Shown one piece after another: positions 1-7,990 of a stretch of DNA of 11,642 nt. Made by a program: the position numbers and the translations under genes. Every line of letters begins with the position of its first letter. Position 1 is the stretch's first letter. The stretch spans positions 1-11,642 of the forward strand of contig NW_021826714.1 of NCBI RefSeq assembly GCF_006345805.1, given 5' to 3'. Under the pieces are notes generated by a model that was not told the DNA's origin, did not search any database, and worked only from the letters and a program-made list of their open reading frames with translations. Source of the stretch: Octopus sinensis (Eukaryota).

Positions 1-417
1 TGGACACATTGAAACTCCGACGTCTGGCAGCTGACTTGGCAACACCCATAAAATTATCACCATCTTACAAACAATAACTCTGAGCACCTTTTCAAACTCC
101 ACCCGTCTAACACCCGTGGACATATTTACAAAGTCAGAAAACAGCACAGCTCCCATGACTTTAGGAAACATTTTTTCACGCTGAGAGTTGCTGAAGCATG
201 GAACAACTGCCGGCATCAGCTGTTAGTTGTCGGAGCACTGCATCCTTCAAGACTTCCATTCTTCTGAGATTCGCCAACACTACACTGATTTCCTCCCTCC
301 ATACACACACAAGCAAGTATCTGGCTCATACATTGTTCGCTTTCCAGACATATGCTTTATACGCACTTTTGACAAGTTGTGGGCACCTGAGCACTGTATA
401 CAATAATTTTCATTATT

Positions 418-420
<3 letters not shown>
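1..420 (+). mobile_element. 3' end of a CR1/L2-group LINE (degenerate ORF2 C-terminus, 3' UTR and tail), running off the left edge
   Basis: From 3 the translation is DTLKLRRLAADL. From 61 it is HLTNNNSEHLFKLHPSNTRGHIYKVRKQHSSHDFRKHFFTLRVAEAWN, then after a frameshift LPASAVSCRSTASFK. This matches the LRR..DL / TRGH / R..FF..RV...WN.LP / S...FK signature of CR1-group ORF2 C-termini. There are several 1-nt frameshifts, and it ends in cattattatc followed by (AT)n. Confidence 0.85.

Positions 421-490
<70 letters not shown>
421..490. repeat. Compound microsatellite (AT)17(AG)18
   Basis: Read directly from the sequence. Confidence 0.97.
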
Positions 491-494
<4 letters not shown>

Positions 495-567
495 CAATCA
501 AATAAGAAACAAGTATATCCGAGGTAATGTGGCTCGGATATACTTGTTGCTTATTTTGATTATAATC
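490..567. repeat. Inverted repeat/hairpin with ~34-bp arms and a 9-nt loop
   Basis: 490-523 gattacaatcaaataagaaacaagtatatccgag versus the reverse complement of 533-567 gattataatcaaaataagcaacaagtatatccgag: 2 substitutions and 1 indel, with the innermost 16 bp perfect. The loop is gtaatgtgg. Confidence 0.9.
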
Positions 568-656
568 ACCCAATGGATTTATATGGATAACACCATACAA
601 AATTCTGGTGCCTCTGACTTAAGTACCGTATTCATTTGAATCTAAATTTTGCTGAA

Positions 657-660
<4 letters not shown>

Positions 661-693
<33 letters not shown>

Positions 694-710
694 AGAGAGA
701 CAGAGAGAGA
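661..710. repeat. (TA)14 plus an imperfect AG microsatellite
   Basis: Read directly from the sequence. Confidence 0.95.
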
Positions 711-738
711 TAGGATAGTAGATTCTGTCATATTCCAG

Positions 739-1156
739 GTCGTTCGTTGACATCTGTTCCCGGTGAAGACAGTGACACACACACACACACACACGTCAAG
801 AAAGGCGCACTTGTATCGACAGCGATGAATCGTTTGCGAAGGATTACCTGTTGAAAAAAAATTGGTCAACAACAAGCAACAACAACAACAACAATAACAA
901 TAATAAGAATAACAATAATAAAGTTAAAATAGATAACGTGTGTGTGTGTGTGTGTGTTGAAGAAAAGGCGGCAAATAAAAGGTTAATGCCGTCAGAATGG
1001 AGTGAAGAAGAAGAGTAACAGCAGGCGTCGTTGTTTGCTCGTTGATGTCGGAGTCAAGCAGCAGAAGACAACGAAGCAGTTTCGATCACCGAGGAAAGAA
1101 GCGAAAACTGTTGATTGTCCTTTGTTCGTGGACGGTCGTGCAGTCACGTACAGCAC
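739..1156 (+). other. Putative 5' UTR part of a host-gene exon
   Basis: Acceptor-like tattccAG at 731-738, followed by CpG-richer unique sequence interspersed with (CA)n, (CAA)n and (GT)n, leading to the ATG at 1157. Inference only. Confidence 0.3.
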
Positions 1157-1292
1157 ATGTCACATTGCGACAGACGTTCAAACTCTGACCCCGGAACCTC
1201 AAGTCTACCCACCTCTGGACCACCGACATCGCCACCACCACCACCACCACCGCCACCAGTCCCGAAATCAAATAAACTCGTGCGTGCATCAG
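1157..1292 (+). CDS. Putative first coding exon of an unidentified host gene (Ser/Pro-rich N-terminus)
   Basis: MSHCDRRSNSDPGTSSLPTSGPPTSPPPPPPPPPVPKSNKLVRAS. It is GC-rich non-TE sequence ending at CAG|GTCGTT (phase 1), with an alternative donor CTG|GTGTGT after 1309 (phase 0). An intron-like region with a long pyrimidine tract follows. Confidence 0.5.
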
Positions 1293-1309
1293 GTCGTTTC
1301 TGCGCACTG

Positions 1310-1356
1310 GTGTGTGTGTGTGTGTGTGTGTGCGTGTGTATAAGTGTGCGTGTGTG
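1310..1356. repeat. Imperfect (GT)n tract just after the putative donor
   Basis: Read directly from the sequence. Confidence 0.93.
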
Positions 1357-1467
1357 CGCGCACGCGCATTTCGGAATCGTCTTTTTCTTTCCTTTTCCTT
1401 GTTGTTGTTGTTGTATTTCCTTTCTTTTCTTATAACTTTTTAAAAACTGCTTTGTTTTTTCTTCAAA

Positions 1468-1633
1468 TCTCTCTCTCTCTCCTCCCTCTCTCTCTCTCTC
1501 TCTCTTGTCCTCTCTCTCTTGTTCTCTCTTCTCTCATTCTCTCTCCCTCTTGTTTCTCTCTCTTGTTCTCTCTTTCTCTCTCCCTCTCTCTCTCTCCCTC
1601 TCTCTTTCTCTCTCTCTCTCCCCCTCCCTCCTC
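1468..1633. repeat. (CT)n-rich polypyrimidine tract
   Basis: About 165 bp of almost pure C/T, ending ~20 nt upstream of the acceptor ttttaCAG at 1653. Confidence 0.93.
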
Positions 1634-1653
1634 GTTTTATGTTTGTTTTACAG

Positions 1654-1686
1654 ATGCCGCAGACAAGAGTTCAAACGCAACAACAG
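1654..1686 (+). CDS. Putative 33-nt frame-preserving microexon
   Basis: gtttgttttaCAG|atgccgcagacaagagttcaaacgcaacaacag|GTACAA. The length is a multiple of 3 and it is open in phase 1 (DAADKSSNATT) and in phase 0 (MPQTRVQTQQQ). It has a strong upstream pyrimidine tract. Confidence 0.5.
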
Positions 1687-1826
1687 GTACAATAACATCA
1701 ACAATTTCTTTTGCTTGTTGTTTTTCATTTTTATTTTATTAGATAAGTTACTAACTCCCTTGATCCCACCAACAACTCCCTACTGGTATATCTTGCTTAA
1801 TCCTGTTCAGTTGAAATAAGCCAGAG

Positions 1827-1829
1827 CAC

Positions 1830-1919
<90 letters not shown>

Positions 1920-1930
1920 ACACACACACA
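1827..1930. repeat. (CA)n tract of ~100 bp with few interruptions
   Basis: Read directly from the sequence. Confidence 0.97.
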
Positions 1931-2360
1931 GATTCATTATGGCGTTGATACGTTGTAATGTTCCCGGCACAAAAATAAACAAATGTATTTAAACAAGAAT
2001 CGAAACAGCACCTTGTCTATGCTTCGACCGCGACTTATCAATGTCCCTTTCTGGACCCGAGGAGGGCTCCCATTGGCTTGCTTCCCCCCCCCCCTATGTT
2101 GTTGGTGTTTCGGGCTTTGAACGTAGAATCCAGACGGAGTTTGATTAAATTCCTGAAGACATTTACCTCTGCCTTCTAGAGTTCTGCCAATTCCATGAAC
2201 TTCTAAATTTGTGGAATCCCAAATCTTTAAACGTTGGTAAGAGGCCACACAATCATGGCAATGTTATATTTCATCAATCCCAGGTTTTTTTTACTGGTAC
2301 TTTATTTTATCGATTTCTAAAGTTGACCGCGGTGTAATTTGAAATTTGGATATAATGTTA

Positions 2361-2361
<1 letters not shown>

Positions 2362-2441
<80 letters not shown>
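2362..2441. repeat. Perfect (TG)40
   Basis: Read directly from the sequence. Confidence 0.97.
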
Positions 2442-2442
<1 letters not shown>

Positions 2443-2854
2443 CTTTCGCCGTTATATAAAATCGATTGCGGTCACCCTCTGCTTCCCACTTTGAAGCCAT
2501 GATGGATCGTCAGGAAACTGACTAACATCTTTATATAAATAAATAAATGCAACTTGACTTCTTCCAGCAATAATTTTGGATGGCACTAATACGTCACCCT
2601 CAGAATGATTCTTCCATTTACAAACATAAATTCAACGCAATAAAATTTCTTTTCCTCAATAGGCCCTGCTCTATTTTTTCCATTATCCCAAAACAAATCA
2701 ACGAAGATCCCATCGCCTTCAAACGAAACGTGGTGTTGTCAAGTTGGACTGGCCTGGGCCAATCTTTAAACGAAACACAAATAAGTTATCTCGCATCGAT
2801 TATAAAGTTTGTCACTGTTTATTTTGGTCAAAGCTTTTTAAATATTTATATCTG

Positions 2855-2911
2855 TTATGCCCATCCATAGTAATGTTGATGTTACTCTAACATAACTATG
2901 GATGGACATAA
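2855..2911. repeat. Hairpin with 23-bp arms and an 11-nt loop
   Basis: 2855-2877 ttatgcccatccatagtaatgtt pairs with 2889-2911 aacataactatggatggacataa at 21 of 23 positions. Confidence 0.88.
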
Positions 2912-2940
2912 AAAACTGAATACTGATGGTAGACTTACTA

Positions 2941-3173
2941 CCTATTTCTTTACTACTCACAAGGGGCCAAACACAGAGAGGACAAACAAGGACAGACAAA
3001 CGGATTAAGTCGATTATATAGACTCCAGTGCGTAACTGGTATTTATTTAATCGACCCCAAAAGGATGAAAGGCAAAGTCGACCTCGGCGGAATTTGAACT
3101 CAGAACGTAACGGCAGACAAAAAACCGCTAAGCATTTCGCCCGGCGCGCTAACCATTCTGCCAGCTCGCCGCC
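2941..3173 (-). mobile_element. tRNA-derived SINE family 1, full length
   Basis: Reverse-complement match along its full length to 3982-4217 and 7756-7990. It has the ggcggcgagctggcagaa head, B-box gagttcaaattcc, and a central gactttgcctttcatccttt..ggtcga domain resembling the Meta/MESC SINE domain. Possible short imperfect TSD ttactac/ttattac. Confidence 0.9.
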
Positions 3174-3627
3174 TTATTACCGTTACTACTAATCATATTT
3201 ACCAACGTTTAAGACACGCTTTTCTTTTGTTTAAATATATCCAAAAATCGCCTTGTGTCTAATGAGCTCATAAAAGGATGGGAGACCAAGTGGTTGTAGG
3301 CTAAGGAGTTGGGTAACCATAAGTCTACTAAGCACAATGATTGTTACTAATGGTAAAATATTGAAAACCTGTTAAAATGATACAAACTGTTGGAACAGAC
3401 CAAAAGTTGCTTAAGGAATGTCAGCAGTCACGTGGAGCGGTCACATCATCTTTTTAGACTTCCTTCCTCCAGCATATATAACCCACACCTGATATCTGTC
3501 TTACGTTGTTTAATGACTGCTTTTACCTTTAAGAAAAATATATTATCTAAATGAAAAATTCTAGGAATATGAAAGGAACGTTAAACTTTCATCCACCTGT
3601 TAGCTATTTACAACTAGTAGATTCCAC

Positions 3628-3684
3628 GATGGTACTCCAGCATGACCGCAACCGCATGGCTGAAACAAGCAAAAGAGTCCAAGA
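3628..3684 (+). mobile_element. Isolated 3' tail fragment related to SINE family 2 (or its partner LINE)
   Basis: ggtactccagcatgaccgca...atggctgaaacaagcaaaaga aligns to ~11155-11200 gatgctccagcatagccgcag...atgactgaaacaagtaaaaga. Confidence 0.7.
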
Positions 3685-3690
3685 AAACCA

Positions 3691-3794
3691 TGGCGGTGGT
3701 GAGTGACAGTGGCGGTGGTGAGTGACAGTGGCGGTGGTGAGTGACAGTGGCGGTGGTGAGTGACAGTGGCGGTGGTGAGTGACAGTGGCGGTGG
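3691..3794. repeat. Perfect minisatellite, unit TGGCGGTGGTGAGTGACAG (19 bp), 5 copies plus 9 nt
   Basis: Units start at 3691, 3710, 3729, 3748 and 3767, with a partial unit at 3786. There are no mismatches. Confidence 0.97.
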
Positions 3795-3981
3795 CTGATC
3801 GTGGTAACGCAAAACATCAAAGGGAAAATACGATTTTTACGTCTGGCAATTCTCTTCACTCAAATATTAAACAACCATGAAGCTGAAGGAATGAAAAAAA
3901 CACACTGAAATACGGCCCTCGTCCTATAATCTATCATGAATTTGTGGTTTGATCCCATATTCCGCTACACTGTCCCAATAT

Positions 3982-4217
3982 AAGGCGGCGAGCTGGCAGA
4001 AACGTTAGCACACCGGGCGAAATACGTAGCCTTATTTCGTCTGCCGTTACGTTCTGAGTTCAAATTTCGTCGAGGTCGACTTTGCCTTTCATCCTTTCGG
4101 GGTCGATAAATAAAGCACCAGTTTCGCACTGGGGTTGATGTAATCGACTTAATCCGTTTGTCTGTCTTTGTTTGTCCCCTCTATGTTTGTCCCCTTGTGG
4201 GTAGTAAAGAAATATAT
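3982..4217 (+). mobile_element. tRNA-derived SINE family 1, full length, 13-bp TSD
   Basis: Head ggcggcgagctggcagaaacgttag, B-box gagttcaaattt, tail gtgggtagtaaagaaata. The TSD actgtcccaatat lies at 3969-3981 and 4218-4230. Confidence 0.93.
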
Positions 4218-5242
4218 ACTGTCCCAATATTGTATCTACATACTTAGAATCATACATTCCCCCCCTCCCAACCAAACCACTTTAAAATACCATTCCATAA
4301 GCGTTTGATGAACCATTTAATTTGTGTTTCCCACAAAATTTACTTGTAAAATAGGGGTGTCAGCAAATACGGTAAATATGTCGTTTTGTGTAACAACAAC
4401 AACTGCTACCTCCTACAACAACAACAATAGCAGGACTTTTCTGGATCTTTTCTGTGTGGTTGCACCTGTGGAGATTTCGAAGTTTATTGAAAATTATAAA
4501 ATTCAGGGTATTAATGTAATTTTCTTAACTGAATCTCAGGAGATATATCACTTTTCCCAGAAAATCTTTTTAAAAATCTTAAAGAGGTTTAAAGTTTGAT
4601 CATTTTCACCCAGTTTTGGAAACTGTCATTTTGTGCGTGACAATACGAGTTGTCAACTGTAAACAAATGAAATATTGGCGAAATTCTGCTTTACGTACGT
4701 CATATAACCCATCGTAGCTTTTATATTTTTGGAAATTTTGGGAAAATTTTTGCGAATTTGTAATTGTACACTTGGGAATTCATACGATTATGCAAAAACC
4801 AAAACAAAAAATTTGGGGCTACGTGATTTAAGGTGTATTTAGCTATTATCTTTAGCATATCTTACCTTCACCTCAATGAATTGAATATATCTGTCAACAT
4901 GTGCTATCTCACAGCCAAAAGAGTTCTCTTGCTTGGTTTGTTACTATGGAAACAGGCATGAATGTGTCCGTAGCTTACGATTGGCTAAAATTACTCAAAA
5001 TTTGCAAACTTTAAATGCCAATAACTCTTTGTTTATTGATTTATGGCGAAAGTGAGTTTTATGGCATTGGTTAGCATATAAAACTAAATCATTACACCGA
5101 ATATGAAATCAATTCGAATAAAAATTGAAGAGATTGAAATTTGGCAACCAAAGAGAAAATATCCTTACTGGATCATTAACACCAGCAACACATACACACA
5201 CACACATAGATATATACATACACACACACATAGATACATATG

Positions 5243-5612
5243 GATGTAAACATAAAGCTGAAGATCAGTAAAAAAAAAATAAAAGAATGCCTACGTTGAA
5301 CTATTGAGAAATCTGCAATATCCAGATTGCAAGTTCAGGTTTATATCTGTAATTATTGGGGCCCTGGGATATGTAGCACACTGCCTAAATACCAATCTTG
5401 AGAAATTAGGCTTCTCAAAACCGGAAAGGAGAAAGCTAATTCAAAGACTACAGATCTAAGCCATAATTGGAACTGTAAAAATCTGTAAAACTTTACAGAA
5501 GTTTATCATTTAAGCGTATATGAACATGATTAGATATGCAACTATATGCATGAGAAGACATACATAAACAAAACACAAATCTGCACGTATACATACATAC
5601 ATACATACATAC
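5243..5612 (+). mobile_element. 5'-truncated 3' end of an R4/Dong-like (restriction-like endonuclease) non-LTR retrotransposon, with 3' UTR and (TACA)n tail
   Basis: DVNIKLKIS..KNAYVELLRNLQYPDCKFRFISVIIGALGYVAHCLNTNLEKLGF..LQI*AIIGTVKICKTLQKFII* (final stop 5511-5513). The D.N...K...K..Y..L and V(I/V)IGALG pattern is typical of the R4/Dong endonuclease C-terminus. It is preceded by CA/TACA repeats and followed by (TACA)n. Confidence 0.8.
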
Positions 5613-7068
5613 ATTGAGGGAAAGCTAATCACTCTAAAACATGAACTCAAGACGACGAGCGAAACACTCCGCAATCGCATGCGAATTTTTAACCGAGCCA
5701 GTATCAATCGCAAGTTTACTTCCAACCCACAAGCATTATACAGAGAGATGAAGAAGGAAAATATTACCATTAAGAAAGCTCCTCCCTTCCAAGAAGATCT
5801 ACAATCATTCTGGTCAAAAATTTGGAACGAAAAAAGAGGGATTTCAAGCTGAATGCATCATGGTTAAATACAACTGAGAAAGAATACTGTACCAACACTA
5901 ACAGTAAAACATACAAAATTGATGCAGAGGCCTTCGCTATACCAGTAGGAAAACTGCAGAATGGGAAGGCACCTGGAAGGGACCTAACAGTTGGATATTG
6001 GTGCAAGAAGCTGACATTTTATAGAAACCAATCGATATATATGTTCAAAAGGACTCTGGAAGGTCAGACTGATATACCAATTGGCTTGCTACAGCAAGGA
6101 CAAATCTTGTTGCCAAAAATGAAATCAGTGAGATGGCAGGAAACTACAGGCCCATTGCTTGCCTAAACATTATGTACAAACTGTACACAAGTTGCCTCAA
6201 CCAATTCCTCCAGGACCATTGTGAGTCGAACAACATTGTGACAAAGGAACAGGCTGGTGGAAAGAAGGGAGTGTGGGGATGACGGCCGAACATCTTTTAA
6301 TAAACAAAGCTGGACTGTCTGAAGTAAGAAAACAACGCAGAAACCTTGTGACAGTATGGCTTGACTATAAGAAGGCATTCGACTCTGTCCTTCATTCATG
6401 GCTGTTGAAGTGCCTACATCTGGCAAAGGTACCTACGATCTTCATTGCTGTTATAGAGAAACTCACAAAGACATGGACAACTATTCTTAGCCTTACAACT
6501 GAGAACTTTCAAAGGAAATATTCCAAGGAGATAGTCTCTCTGTATTTCGTCCCTACTGCAGAAAACAAATGGTTCCATGCTAGGATCTTCAACTGCCATA
6601 AATATCAATGTTACTCATAATTTCTTTGTAGACGGCCTGAAGATTTATGCTAAAAGTGTTAACAATGCCAAAAAACAACTAGAATTAATAGCATTTTCAG
6701 CTGATATAGGCATGGAATTTGGCCAAAAGATATGTTCATACTTGGTTATAGAACGCGGAAAGTCAGTCCACCAAAATCCGTGCATCAACGGTCTCTCTAT
6801 CTTCCCCGTTCCACACAAAGAATGTTACAAGTTCCTAGGCATAAATGACAATGTATCATATGAAGGCACTGTGAATAAAGATAGAGTGACCCGAGAATAT
6901 TACACCAGACTTAGGAAAATATGGCAGTCGGAACTCTCCTCTTACAACAAAACAATATCCCACAATGCCTTTGCAGTACCCGTGCTGATCCCAACATTTG
7001 GGATACTTGATTGGTTCGTAGAGGAAATCCACTCCATAGATATAAAACCCCGCAAATTACCAACTAAA
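5613..7068 (+). mobile_element. R4/Dong-like non-LTR retrotransposon, degenerate reverse-transcriptase region (pseudogenised, truncated at both ends)
   Basis: Across several frameshifts: FWSKIWNE, NGKAPGRD, NYRPIACLNIMYKLYTS, EQAGGKKG, VWLDYKKAFDSV, QGDSLS, THNFFVDGLKIYAKS (catalytic DD mutated to DG), IGMEFG, YKFLGI, IDIKPRKL. There are internal deletions around the QGD motif. Homology is lost at about 7068. Confidence 0.9.
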
Positions 7069-7073
7069 AGTCA

Positions 7074-7244
7074 CGGCTTAGTAACAATAACTATTTCACG
7101 TGATCGGTCGATGAACTGAGCAGTTAGCGTCGAAATCACCTTCCAGAACGTCTAACGAAGTTTTAACGCCAACTCTTTGCAGAGTGTCGAAGGCGGATGG
7201 GCGAAATGCGCCTCTATTCGTACCATATTTGCGCAGAGATCGGC
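7074..7244 (-). mobile_element. Possible highly degenerate Ty3/Gypsy gag N-terminal remnant
   Basis: The minus strand gives (QIW)..RIEAHF...TFWKVISTLTAQFIDRSREIVI, loosely similar to the W...(I/V)EA.F...F..V...L......VRDII gag motif. It contains a stop and frameshifts. Confidence 0.3.
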
Positions 7245-7755
7245 CGATTCATTTCACACGTCTCACCTTTTGCTACAGTTTGTGGGAAATAGTTGCCATG
7301 CCAACCACAATCTCACTTTGCAGCATTCAACGGTCGTTCTAATGACTGCTTATTCAACCGAGTTACAGTTTTGAAGTCCTGAATCCAGCTTGATATTCCA
7401 TCCAGTCGAGACAGCGTGTTAACAGAGCCTAGTGAACCGACTCTTTTCTAACAACTACAGAATTGTTCTTCCAGCGAGTAAACTTTACTGTATTTTTAAT
7501 TCAAGACCAACATGGGAAATATTTTGAACGCTGAATTAAAGTTACTGTTGATTGTTGGCGAAGTGTCGTTACTCGTTTATACGCAACCACCCGAACTCTT
7601 TACGACAAAAACACATTACTGTACAATGTCTAATGCTGGTGGTTAACGATTGAGCTGTTGTTACAGCACCACTGTGGCTAACAACCAGCCTACTGTACAG
7701 AAGAAACGTCTGGTTAACTTCCCTGTCGCTCCTGTCGTAGACTCTATCCTCTGCG

Positions 7756-7990
7756 TCAAGGCGGAGAGCTGGCAGAAACGTTAGCGCGCCGGGCGAAATG
7801 CGCAGCCATATTTCGTCTGCCGTTGCGTTCTGAGTTCAAATTCCGCCGAGGTCGACTTTGCCTTTCATCCTTTCGGGGTCGATAAATTAAGTACCAGTTA
7901 CGCACTGGAGTCGATATAATCGACTTAATCCGTTTGACTGTCCTTGTTCGTCCTCTCTGTGTTTAGCCCCTTGTGGGTAATAAAGAAACA
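7756..7990 (+). mobile_element. tRNA-derived SINE family 1, full length, 18-bp TSD
   Basis: Same head, B-box and tail as the other two copies. The TSD is tagactctatcctctgcg (7738-7755) / tagaccctatcctctgcg (7991-8008), with 1 mismatch. Confidence 0.93.

Noticed and set aside
280-875. ORF-track entries 280-600 and 660-875, and the 3' half of 198-527
   Set aside because: They are open only because they cross (AT)n, (AG)n or (CA)n repeats (YIYI, ERER, CVCV). Only the first ~20 codons of 198-527 are LINE-derived.
1002-1343. His-rich ORF overlapping the poly-Pro exon
   Set aside because: It has a non-ATG start and is the alternative reading of the (CCA)n run. The Pro frame has an ATG and phase-compatible donors.
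1985-2242. Possible exon ending at the strong donor TTG|GTAAGA
   Set aside because: I found no convincing acceptor, and all + frames contain stops. It could be non-coding but cannot be supported.
2440-2520. Hammerhead-like CTGACGA...GAAA on the minus strand
   Set aside because: The required stems I-III could not be formed by eye, and the spacing is too long.
3691-3794. CRISPR-like array
   Set aside because: The units are directly tandem with no unique spacers, and the context is eukaryotic.
3984-4075. tRNA gene (also at the other SINE heads)
   Set aside because: A/B-box-like motifs are present, but the sequence continues into a SINE body and tail with TSDs, and no clean cloverleaf is evident.
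4300-5179. AT-rich block resembling non-autonomous DNA-transposon remnants (TTAA at 4828 and 5176, tacggta at ~4370)
   Set aside because: I found no matching pair of terminal inverted repeats or TSD, so boundaries and family cannot be supported.
5822-7119. Functional reverse transcriptase gene
   Set aside because: It has multiple frameshifts, internal deletions, the catalytic DD changed to DG, and truncation at both ends.
4940-7305. RFX X-box-like motifs gttactatggaaac (4940-4953) and gttgccatgccaac (7292-7305)
   Set aside because: These are isolated imperfect motifs inside probable repeat debris, with no promoter context.
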